NCBI GenBank assembly: GCA_964187785.1
Contig: OZ076409.1
Location: 43,092,001 to 43,156,000 of the forward strand
Reading direction: 5' to 3'
DNA: 64,000 bases
DNA from: Amphiscolops sp. MND2022
Lineage: Eukaryota
The translations under genes and the position numbers were made by a program. Each line of letters opens with the position of its first letter. The stretch's first letter is position 1. A model generated the notes under the pieces. The model had not been told where the DNA came from. It saw nothing but the letters and a program-made list of their open reading frames with translations, and did not search any database. Positions 35,325-46,475 of this stretch are shown here, piece by piece.

Positions 35325-38300
35325 TTCACTATCAATTGTAAAAAAATCTCGCAAAATTTTGCAGCTTTTGTGAACAAAACTTCAATTTTATATGTGCAGA
35401 TGCTACTACTTGAATTTCCCTAACTAATTACGATGCAAAAAATTGTTGAACTATCAAAGAATGTTTAGGGAAATACAATCATCGTAGAAGTGATATTGGT
35501 TTTTATCTGGCATCGGTAAATTGATATAACATGGTATTGTAGTTTTTGGAGTTTTCCAGACTTTTCGGAATCCTACAATCGTGGGTTGCATCAAATTATT
35601 CATATCGTTACTGAAAAATCAGAAAGAAGAACAGCAAGCAGGACTTTTAATATGGTTTATGGCGTTCCTTAGAAAAACCTTCCAATGGTAAGAAAAATTC
35701 ATCAAAAAGTGTTTGAATGCTGATAACAAGCATCTGTTTTCGCTTTACTTCGAAAAATATAGTTATTGTACTAGTAAAAAATTCCTTTTTGAGAATTTCA
35801 AATGATAAATCTTTTATATTGGTCTCTAGTTTTGAATTTATCCCTAATTGGTTTTCTTGAGCGGGTACTTGATGCGTTTGATAATTATTTTCCCGTCCTG
35901 ATTCAAATGTTATTTGCATTTGTTTGCACATGTTGTTCCCCTTCCCAATCAAATTAGCTTTTTTCTTGAACTCAAGAAACAGGTTACAAAGCTTTTCAAG
36001 CGTTTTTGAAAAGGAAACAACTAATTACGCGAACTACTGTCATCATGCTCGGCCCACAGGTTTTTAAATGAATCCTTGATCGTTCAGAGTTTTCTGGTCA
36101 TTAATTCCCGCCCACATTTCATTACTGGAAAACCAAATTCATTTAGCAAAACGGAGTGTTTCCTGAGCTGTTTCTAGCAATGACGACCAAACAGAAGGCA
36201 AGCTAATGAAATTTGGGAATGATGGGGTTGTTGAACTTTTTTCAACGAAAAATGGAATCTACAAAAACTAAAAAATTAAATACACTTTTGAAAACACTGT
36301 GAAAAGTACTTGAAAAGTTTGTTTCAGCCATTAGGGGTGTAAAAAAGTGAAATGTCGTGGCAAAAATTTCAGTCCAATCCTGAAAAGCTATTTTCTTAAC
36401 TTGCAAGAAGTCAAAAGAACAACCGAACTGACACTCCAGGACATTCCAGCGATGGCCACCTGTGGAAACAAATTTAGTTTGGATCTCACTAGAAAGCTTT
36501 CTTATCGATGGACCATCACTTGAAAAATTTCCAATTAAAAACATAGTTTGGATTTTAAAATTATGTATTTTGTTGGAATCCACAGAACAATGACACTGGA
36601 TATTAATAATTATGGTCTTTGGCACTGCCATTCGTAAGCAGTGCTGCAGAACAGACAAATCAGTCGAAATGGACAAAAGAAAACACAGTTATGGCAAAAT
36701 CAAGTAATGCTACGATTTTGAATTGAAACGTTGAAAACTTCTTTTGATGGGCTCCTGGATTGCAAGCTTGACTGCTTTTTCAACTGTACATTGTACGAAA
36801 TTCATAAACTATTCATAGAGTTTTGTACTATGCACAATGGCCAAAATTCAAATGCATTATACACGGATATCCTTGGACTAGGTCCAGCTAATTAGTTTGA
36901 CAAATCGAAAAGTATTTCAAAAAAACGGATCTAGGAACAGCTTGTATCATGCGTTTGAATGCTCTCCGGGAGCATCTGTTTTGGTAACTTTTCTCGTTTT
37001 GAATGGAAGCAAATACGGGTGTTTGACGCCTGCGTGGTGTTTGAAGAAGTCGTAGGAGCAGCGTCCCCTTGCCTGATCCTCTAGCAGTTCTGCTCTAATG
37101 GTTTCTCGTTTAGTGTCTTCAAAGTTTCCATCACATTTTGACGTAATTCAAAACTTTCTTCATTCTCGCGTTGAGTCACAGGGGTAATGGGAGGCTAAGG
37201 AGATCTAGTTTGTCCTTGTTCATTTGTAAATTTTATTTGTGTCTTTCATTCTATAGTTTATTTTACTTTACAATAGATTTGATTTTGAATTTATATTATT
37301 CAGAACGTTAGTTGTCCCGTTTCTGAGCCTTGCAGGAGAGAGACTACTCATACGATGAGAAAACGATGAATTTTGTAGGATAAGAGTTGAATTGCAGAAA
37401 ATGAAAATCGGTTATAAGATTATTCAGTCAAAGAGAGTTAGATACGGAGATAGAATAATCTGCAAGGTACAAGTCGGTCTAATGGTAGTTAGTCGGTTGC
37501 TCCTCGTTGGTAGGTGGCAAGACGTTTTTTTACTACCGAGAACTCATTGGTTTACCAACGAAATGCTCATTAGAATTTGGTCACGTGACCGGGTACCATC
37601 GATTACGTCGAGGGGCTGCGAAGTACGAGTTGCGGGCTAAAGTAAATTTAAATAAATTTGGACTCATACGTAACGAGTTTGAAGCACGTTGGGTAATTAA
37701 CACCTTTGAGTCATTGTAAGGTGGTTGAATTCATCAAGGCACATAGAAACGATGAAATTTGAATGTTCAGAAGTCAAATTGTGCTAATTCAAAAGGACGG
37801 ATGTAAAAACTATTCTTTCACTGTAATAAGGTAGTGTTTGAATGGTGGAAATGAAAGTCATCAGTCAAACATCGTTTTTTACTGTTCATGTATGTCGTGC
37901 GTCACCTCTATGATACTAGAGGCGAAAACGATGTATGAACTCCTTTTTGTGAGGATGACAGAGTTGATGATGTGAAAACGAATATTTATAGTAAAAGGGG
38001 GTTTCAAAATGAAAAAGTTCATCGTTTTATCATGGGTATTGTATGACTAGGAAATCGATGCATGGAGAATGAAGGATTTTCATTGTTCTTTCATCGTCGA
38101 GAGAGAAATGAAAATGTTCAACATGGGCGATGTAGAAACGATGGAAATTCGCATCTTATTTACATCGTCAGCATTTCAACACAGCAATTGCAAATGACTT
38201 TACAACAATTGATATATAAACGATGAGGAATATTTATTGCTTTTACAGCGTTATATAAAAGCGTCATCATATGAGTTCCAAGGTTATCGGATGCGTTCTT

Positions 38301-38343
38301 ACAAAAATTTCCGTTGACATATATCCACATTTTTTCGCAACAG

Positions 38344-38539
38344 ATGTTTGCAATGCATCTTCTCGATGGTGGTCTGCTGAAGTCCTTTTATTTCGAATGG
38401 GTCAAATTGATTTCATGGTGTTTGCTTGATGTCTCAGTAACTTGAGAAGAGAGAGAGTTTTGCTATACAATACAGTTTGGATAGTTTTTGAGGATCGGTC
38501 TTTCTCAGTTGCCTTACGTCAACAGAACTAGCATTTTGC
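38344..38539 (+). CDS. Two candidate small upstream GPCR exons (38344-38417, 38509-38539; ECL1 to TM3)
   Basis: CAG acceptors at both. Phase-compatible joining gives MFAMHLLDGGLLKSFYFEWVKLIS-C-CLTSTELAFC, leading into TITINRY. The donors are weak. Confidence 0.35.
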
Positions 38540-38657
38540 GTGATAATTAGGCTTTACATTCTCAATTTCATAAAACTTTTCGTTTTTTACTTGATAGCAA
38601 TTAACAAGGTTAGTATATTTTCCCCACAAAGTTTCAACATGATTTGCTTCGTTTCAG

Positions 38658-38794
38658 ACCATAACTATCAATCGTTACATCGCAGTGGAACGCCCCTTCG
38701 ACTACAAAATATGGTGCACACGTTTCCGAACTGGACTCATTGTGCTCGGAGCGGGAGTCATGGGTCTGCTCACCACGGTACCCGAAGTTGCTCT
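38658..38794 (+). CDS. Exon of a rhodopsin-family (class A) GPCR: end of TM3, ICL2, TM4
   Basis: Acceptor TTTCAG|, then TITINRYIAVERPFDYKIWCTRFRTGLIVLGAGVMGLLTTVPEVA (DRY-equivalent NRY, IAVxxP, CT..R, hydrophobic helix ending in P); donor |GTGCGT, phase 2. Confidence 0.8.
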
Positions 38795-39231
38795 GTGCGT
38801 GGGTGACGCCGGGTCAGAAATTGGAAATACTTTAGTCATTCAAAGTGTTACATCATTGATGAAAAATCGTTCAGTAATGTACTAAAAAAAGCATTTCTTT
38901 ACCACTCACTAACTTTCAGTAACATCTGAAAATGTTTTCTCAAACGTTAACTGCTTGAATGTTTTTTTTTCATCAAAACTGCTACCGCTTCATTTTATCA
39001 AAACGTTTTATCAAAACTCGAATGCCACCATCCATAATTTCAGTTCTCATCCCAGGAATTCATTTCGATTGTTTGTAATCTATATTTTCCAACACAGTTT
39101 ATCAAAGTTACATAGATTAACTTGGAAGCAAAATTCTTAAAATGTCATTGAATTTTTGGTACATCATACATCATTTCACTAAACATATTTTTCTATCGGG
39201 ATTAAGCTTTGAAACTTTGATTTAAACATTT

Positions 39232-39633
39232 ACTGACGTTTAGGAAGAATGTGCAAGAAAACTATGACGTATCGATTTTTCCAATTTGAAACCAATAATG
39301 TCATATTCGATTTCGGGATACCAACTAATGACAAAATGATGAAACTGAAAGAACAAAGCGTTCTCCGCAATAAATTACAACTGGAACATTTAAACTGATT
39401 AAAAACTACGGGGATCCAAAAAGATCTTTCCAACTCGACATTGAAGCTTCGGCCTGGGAAACAAAATTTTCCGTAATTAATTTAACATGATGGAAATATT
39501 GGATGAAAACATTGTTACATCCGGATACATACAAGATTAGAAGATCTTGTACAATCGAATATCACATTATTGGTTTCAAATTGGAAAAATCGATACGTCA
39601 TAGCTTTCTTGCACATTCTTCCTAAACGTCAGT
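39232..39633. repeat. ~81-bp inverted repeat pair around a ~240-bp spacer (MITE-like)
   Basis: 39232-39312 ACTGACGTTTAGGAAGAATGTGCAAGAAA... is the near-perfect reverse complement of 39553-39633. No TSD seen. Confidence 0.8.
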
Positions 39634-40431
39634 CACAAGAAGCGCAGCGGCACTGTGATACTTTTCGTATACTTTTAAAACGGAAAGTTTCCACGTTAAA
39701 ACCCCTCAGGGTTAAAAACGACTTTTTTCTTAACTGAAAATATCACAAAAACCCAAATTTGTCAGAATTTTCCTGAATTTTTTTGTTCGGAAAAAGTCGC
39801 ACATTGCCGAAATTACCCAAAGATGTGACTTCAGACTCAAAAAACGCGGTCCATAATCTAAAAACCGAGGCAGTGAACCTCTAGTGAAAAAATTAAATTT
39901 CATTAAAAATATCGCCGAGCCAGAAAACCGGTGATACTCTCCACAAACAGTTAGAAAACCCTCATCAGTCTCACACCAAAAAATAACTAGGAAAATTAAA
40001 TCGCCTTCCAAACATTGTTACCCTCAATAAGCTTTTTCAATTGCTTAGTGCGTTGGTATAGAGTCAGTCGAGTGTTTAATTGAAGTTTCTCACGCTTAAC
40101 GCGAGTTCTAGAAAAAATCAAGCTGACAACCATTCAAAGCTAATTGATTCAAATGACAACCAACTTTTGTTTAATTCGATTATTGGTTTTATCTATTCTT
40201 TTTTGATTATGTTGTTTTTCTTTCCAATTGAATTAACTTTCTTTTCCTTCCATCATTTGTAAAATCATGAACGATGTAAGTAAAAGAGGTATACAATTTT
40301 AAGTTATAAATTATAATCTCAAACATTTCGTAAAACTCGTAAATGGTCTGTTGGTCTGTACGTCAATGAGCAATCCGTTTTTTTTGGGATGAAAGCAATG
40401 TCAACTCAAGCATTTTCCAATTTCTGTATAG

Positions 40432-40672
40432 CTTCACTTCGGGATGGGAGGACGTGTATGTTGTATATTGGTACTGTGCCCGATCAGGCCTCACCATCAT
40501 ATGCTGCTGTGCGTCTGCGCTGCTGTTCAGAAGTATTTCCAAACAGTTCAGCAAGTCGACATGGCTGAGCACATTGCTTCCATTCAAGTATCAGCGAAGT
40601 GTGCTATGTAGATTCAACAACGCCAAGGCTCAACACAACGGAGAGGGCACTTCCCCCTCCGTTTCTATCGTG
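40432..40672 (+). CDS. Probable next GPCR exon: TM5 and start of ICL3
   Basis: Acceptor TTTCTGTATAG| in phase 2, matching the previous donor; FTSGWEDVYVVYWYCARSGLTIICCCASALLFRSISKQF...; GC-richer than its flanks; donor GTTGGT (40673) or GTAACA (40677). Confidence 0.6.
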
Positions 40673-43600
40673 GTTGGTAACAAACAAACATCAATTTTGA
40701 ATACAATAGAGTAGAATAGTTTCTTCCTTCTGAAAGCTATTAATTGTCCTCTTCTGAGAAAATTCTATAAAATTGTTCTTAAACGGCACATTCAAAGAAA
40801 TCTACCAGAAACGGACAAAAGAAGAGTTTTCAGCTCATCAAGCTTTTGCCTTTGAGAACCAATTTTACATAAAAATTCTGTTTTTTCATTGATCAACAGA
40901 TTTTAATGAACTGTGGATTCAGAAAAAGTGTTCGAACAGTGCTTTGTTCTCGGCTATGAAGACTTCCCTTATGTTTATTGTAAATTTTGTTGACGTTTTC
41001 CGCAATGAGTTATTCCATTCGGAATTAAGTTCAGCGACTGTAGCGAAATGTAGGCTTTTCTGAGGACGTTTGCTAAATTTGACTGTTTCAGCACAAGCAT
41101 GTTGTAAGTAGACGGTATTTTTGTTTTCTCCTATTGTAGTTTTGACCAACCAAACTTAAATCAAGTTATGACCTCGGTGCTTTGAATTGTTTACTTATTA
41201 CAGTGGCATTTTTTGTCAGATGACAATCTCACACTTTCGCAATCTTCGGCCGCCACACTCCCGCGGCCGTAGTTACCCAGCGCTCTATATTCGCCGTTTT
41301 GACATTATATCCGAAGTGAATTACTTTTTAGTAAGGAGAGGCGCAGGTTCGATAAAAGCGCTTTCAATTGTCCCAGCAAGCTATATCTGAACTTTGCGAT
41401 TTTTGAACCTGAAGCTCACGATGTTCCCGTCTTGTTTATAAGTAACTTTGATCAGGACATGCCGAACTTCACAGGTGTGAAATAGTGTGAAGTATTTGTA
41501 ATGTAGTCCGTACGTATCGTTGCCGTGTAATGTCATTAATACCTTAAAATATGAGGCTGTGGCTGTGAAGTATACCTTTTTGCTCAGTTGAAAATCTGCT
41601 GCCGTTTTACAAAAACATTCGGAAGAAAAAATGAGCCTGAACGGCCGGGGTCGGCGCCCCGCTCAAGCAACAAAAATGTATCCGCAGGACGTGGTTTCAG
41701 TATTTGTTGAAAAAAGATTTTTCGAAAATTCCAAAAAAACTTTTAGTACTGAAAAGCTGACTCTAAAAGTTTTACATTAGACGTAATGTAACGGCAAGCT
41801 CTCACCATTGCCGCAAGAGAGCGATAGAGATGAAGGAGCAAATGGCATGGGTAATTGCTTAGGACAGGCGCCCATGACCATGAGCCCATTTTGCCTCCTT
41901 CGGGTAGAAGTAGTCCCGCCAGAGGAGGATTCCGCCTCGTGTGGAGTGCTCGTCGACCTTTTGCAGTCCTAAATTGCCATCGGTAGTGTGAATTACGCCC
42001 TTTCTTTCGAAACTGCCACTTCGATAGTCTTTAAAAATGAATGTGGTGACAAAGATAAATTTCTACATCATAGGTCACGGTGAAAAAGTAGCTCACGAGC
42101 TAATTCATCAAGATAATTGGTACTTTATTGGACAATTAGCATGGCAAGGCAATAATTAGAGGTGCCCCCAGCACGGATGCTTGCTTAAGCGATTTCAAGT
42201 AATTGCAACAATTGGTAGCAACATGGTAATGAAAGCGCCGATAGAAACAGGAGTCCGTGTATTTAACAGATTTGAGTCTCTTCTTCTTCTTTTTAGCTTT
42301 CACCACCCACTCTGGGGGTACGCTCTCCTCTCGGTTGGCCTCGGCAAGTGTTCCTATGTCGAGCCAGGTTCGTGGCGGAAATGGGTATGGTGCAATCGAG
42401 ACATTCCGTGTATTTGGCTTTATATTTCCTTGCTGGGGCAAAGTTACGGGGGATTCTGTTGGTTGGCATCTTTTTCTGTGTCTCGCGAAGTTTTTCCGTG
42501 ACAGTGACTTGTTGCATGATGTACATGTTCTGTGTGTCTCCGATGAATGTTCCCCGTTACATGACTTCTGGTGGTTTGTCCGTGTGTTTTCCGTCTTGAA
42601 AATTCTGGTGCAGCTTGGGCAGGGAGAGAGGACAGGTTCTTTCTTGTTATGTATTCTTTTCGTGTGGATACCCAATCCAGCGGCGGTTCGGCACGTTTTC
42701 GCGTTGTGAGCATGTGAGGGACTGCTCAGATTTGGGGAAATTTCTGGTTTCAATTGTTTCGTAGTCTCGGGGTTTATTTGCTCTTTGTTGCTCCCATCTT
42801 TCAATGTGGGTCATTCTACTATGAATTGTTTTCCTTCACGTTTTTCTATCTTTCGTGTATTTCCCTAGGTCTGAAGGGTTTAGTCCAGCTTCTTTGACAA
42901 GTCTTCTCCAATACTGGGGAGTTGTTCTCGTTTTGGTTCTCTCTTTAGGGATTGTTTCTAACGCAGGTGACCATCCGAGGACAGCCGCTTTGACAGGTCT
43001 CGAGCTATCCATTCTGAGAACGTGACCTATCCGTTGTAAGCTTCTTTTTTTTATTTTACTTTGAAGCGTCTTGATGTTGAGCTGATTACGGATGTGCTGC
43101 ATGTTCATGTGTGTTTTCTCCATCGTGATCAGGGGAGGTTCTTTCTTGTTGCTCCACACATACCGGTATCTTCTGTCTATCCACTGTTGCATTTTGTTCG
43201 ATTTCGCTTTTGTACCAGGGGCGGACTGCGGAATCGAACAAAAGACCGGTCTCGCGCAAGTATGGCTTGTTGTCTCTTGAACAAACGGCTTTTTACCAAC
43301 TGGGGTCTTACCTTGGACCATAGGAAGGCTGCTCTCTTTATCCTGTTGGCTACATCTACCTCAGGGTCTACCCAACTGCCCAACATCCGTATCTCCTTGG
43401 ATTCCTCATCTCCGAAAATGAGTTTTTCCTCCTTTTTTTCGTTGTTTTTTTCCTCAAATTCTTGCATCGTTTCCTTGATCGCTTGACATCCCTGTTCCAT
43501 TTCCTCGGCCGTACCCAGAACGGTTGTGTCATCGGCGAAAAGGGAGATGGAGAAATGTGTTCTTTTGGCCTCTGAGTTGAATTTTCCTGTTTGTTCACTG

Positions 43601-45922
43601 GACGGGATTTTGTCGTTATCCATCCAGTTCCATGCTATTCCCCTTGATTTACCCGAAGACACTGCTCTTTCGTTGCGTTTCCTTTCCGCTGCTTGGATTA
43701 CTGCCTGATGGAACACATTAAACAGGACGGGTGAGGTCGGACAACCTTCCCGTAAACCTCGCTGGGGTATCCAATGGTCGCTGTCGCCTTCCTTTCCTTT
43801 CACCACGTATGCCGTTGTTTCATGAAGGTCCATCAAGCAGTTTAGGAAAGTGCCTTTCATTCCATGTCTTCTAAGAATTTCCCATAATGCTGGTTTTGAT
43901 ACCCGTGGGTATGCTTTCTCCATATCCAGGAGACGTCCTACCGGGTCACTGGGGAGGTGTGTTGGCATCTCAAGCGCTGTTCTCCTCCTCTTGATGAAAC
44001 TCATGTCTTCTTGGACCCTGATAAATATTTGTGTTGCGTCTGCTGTTGATCTGCCGGGGCGGAAGCCACTCTGGTTGTCATCCAGAATTCCGTTTTCCTC
44101 AGTCCATTCTCGAAGTCGCTTCGCGAGAATTCTGGCCAGAATTCTGCTTATCATCGGCAGTAGGCATACGCCTCTGTAGTTCCCAGTGTTCTCTCTGTCG
44201 CCTTTTTTGAACAGCGGGACGATTTGTCCAATTTTCACTGACGCGTTCCACTTGTCCGCTCGTTGTTCGAATAGAGACTGGGTAAGTTCTACGACGTTCC
44301 ATTTGATCTCAGAGCAGGCTTCTTTGATGTATCGAACTCTGACTTTATCTCTACCCGGGGCCGAATCCTTCATTTCATTAATGGCATCCAGGATTTCTTT
44401 TTCACTGGGGAGCATGTTAAGGAGTTCATTACTTTAGAGCCTGTTCGTGTCATTACTTTTATCCTCGATGGTGGAAACAGCCTGCATGATGGCACTGGGG
44501 TGATTTTCATACCGCCTAGACGAGATGTTTTCGAAATGCTCTTTGAACTGCTGGGTGGTGAGTTTGGTTCCAGCTAGAGGTTTGCTCGATCTTGTGCCAA
44601 GGGTGTGTAAGAGACTGTACATGCTCCCAAAATCTCCCCTCTCAGCTGCCTCCTGACACTCCACCAGCCGTTCGTCCCACCATTGTTGTTCTAGATTTCG
44701 GAGTTGTTTCTTCATATTTTTTCTCGCGAGGGAAAGTTTCTTCTGAAAGATTTTTTGTGTGATCTTGTTCTTCTTTTCTTTCGCTTCATTGCGTGCCTTC
44801 ACCCATCTGTTAATATCCAGTATGAGATTCTCCAGAACCCCTTCATTCCCTTTTATCCACGGGTTCTCTACTCGTTTTGTCTGCATTCCGCACGTTGTTC
44901 TTGCGGCCTGAACTAGGATTGACGATATTTGATCCCAATCGCGCTCTATGCCGATCTCGTCATCCTTTATCAGTTCTGCCGTCTTTTCTCGAACTTTCTG
45001 CTGTTTGTCCTCTTGACGAAGAGCTTCCCACTTTATATTGGGGGGAAGTTTTACTGCTACTCTCCATTTGCGCATTTTCGTCCCCAGGTACAAGCAGACC
45101 GGTTTGTGGTCAGAGTAGGACAGTTCATCCACGGTCCTCATTTGTTTTGGCGTGTCTGTGTCTCTGTGACGCTCTCATGATGAAACCGTCCAACTCGTAC
45201 CATCTCTTGGAGCTTTTATTGAACCATGTTCTTCTTTTGGCGTGGTTGGAGAAGGAGTTGACCCACTCGAGGCTTTGTTCTTGACACCAGCCAAGGAGAT
45301 CTCGGCCCTGCTCATTTGTGCGTGTTTCGAGGCCGTACTTTCCGCTGACTCCATCCCTTTCCGACGCTTTGCCTACGTGAGCGTTGTGATCTCCGCCCAA
45401 TATCATTAGGCAGTCAGAGGGGATTTTTATAAGGAGGTCTTCAACATCTTTACGGTACACATCGATTGCGTCTTCCCCATGCGTTTTCAAGGGTTGGTAC
45501 ACGGATATGATACACATTTTGTCAATCTGGACGAGGAGCGCTCTCTCTCTCTCTCTAAATTCCATGTTCTGGTTCCCTCGTATCCATTGGTCTAGAGCTG
45601 AGCCCCAGAGAACGATTCCGGTTTTGAGGGAATGGATTATCGCTACCGTCTTTTCTCCTTTGCCCATCCATATGACTCCCTGTTTGTCTGATCTTGTTTC
45701 AGGGATTATAGTGATCTCCCATCCATTTTTCTGGATGAATTCGATTGTTCGTTTTATCCTAGCGCGGTTTTTCTCCCTCATGGAGATTCCTTGGAGGTTC
45801 CATGTTACCACTTTTATCTCTCTATCCGGGGGTAACTTTCTCCGTTCCCTGCGCTTTGTTTGCCTCCTTATGTTTCTCAATTTTTTGTTTTCTTCTGATC
45901 TTTTTGTTTTCCCCCTTCTGGT

Positions 45923-45949
45923 TGGTCCCGGATTTGGGTGCACCGTTTC
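45923..45949 (-). other. Degenerate 2A-like motif (ETVHPNPGP) ahead of the APE domain
   Basis: NPGP is in frame directly upstream of a basic stretch and the APE domain; it deviates from D(V/I)ExNPGP at the D and E positions. Confidence 0.5.
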
Positions 45950-46134
45950 CAGCTTCCTGGCTATTATCGCGCCTGTGTGGCGGGCACTTGCCGAAACGGG
46001 TCCAAGAGGACCCTCGCCCTCAAGTTTGTTGAAGAGGTGCTTTGGTTGGCTAGATCATTGCCACTCTGTTGGCTTCCGGGAGGTGACTTCACGGATCCTT
46101 ACGGCTCCTTGGAAGTTCCTTTTCCGGGGCCCCT

Positions 46135-46209
46135 GTGTGTTCTTTGACGCACAAGACACGCTGTGCGCGGCCCACTTGCGCCACGTAGGAGGCGACACAC
46201 TCCGCAAGC
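46135..46209 (-). ncRNA. HDV-like self-cleaving ribozyme candidate in the LINE 5' UTR
   Basis: Minus strand GCTTGC-GGA-GTGTGTC-GCC-TCCTACGT-GGC-GCAAGT-GG-GCC-GCGCACAG-CGTGTC-TTGTGCGT-CAAA-GAACACAC. This gives P1 (6 bp, G1.U wobble), P2, P3, L3 starting UCC, P1.1 GG, a P4 hairpin and J4/2 with a catalytic-position C (plus-strand G46146). Confidence 0.8.
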
Positions 46210-46475
46210 TGTGTCGGAGTGAGACTGCGTCTGAGTCTGTCGCAATTAGCTTTCGTTTCGTCCTCGTTCTATTGGTCTCGATATCACACTAATCCGTTCT
46301 GGACCTCTTTGATTCTGCTGGCAGGTCTTTTTCAAAGTCACAGAGTCGGTCAGTGGAATATGACCAAATTCGCCGAAATTTAGTCCCTTGAACGAATTTT
46401 TCACAGTTTCAGACGTCGATGCTAGTTGATCGTTACATCAATAACGTTATACAAGAAACGAAAACGGTATATCCG

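Larger units (their letters stand above)
42280..46231 (-). mobile_element. RTE-clade-like non-LTR retrotransposon (LINE), near full length, degraded
   Basis: One ancestral ORF broken into 45125-45943 (APE: VVTWNLQG, GGDHNAH, TWFN, ELDGFI, then SDH), 44434-45141, 43177-44415 (RT: PLFKKGD, NYRGVCLL, QSGFRPGRST, GLREGCPTSPVLFN, LFADD), 42836-43321 and 42136-42804 (C2H2-like fingers). 3' (AAG)n tail; candidate 7-bp TSD TGAGTCT (42273-42279, 46232-46238). Confidence 0.9.
41787..46437. mobile_element. Probable solo LTR interrupted by the LINE
   Basis: TGTAACG...CGTTACA termini. Similarity to 1731-2242 stops at ~42221 and resumes at ~46333. Confidence 0.55.

Noticed and set aside
45507..46292. 261-aa plus-strand ORF and other antisense ORFs over the LINE and Gypsy coding regions
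   Set aside because: They are shadow frames of minus-strand coding sequence.
46308..46316. Alternative LINE TSD TTTGATTCT (versus TTTGAGTCT at 42271-42279)
   Set aside because: Only 8/9 match and ~100 nt from the ribozyme; the exact TGAGTCT at 46232-46238 is preferred, though this alternative is not fully excluded.
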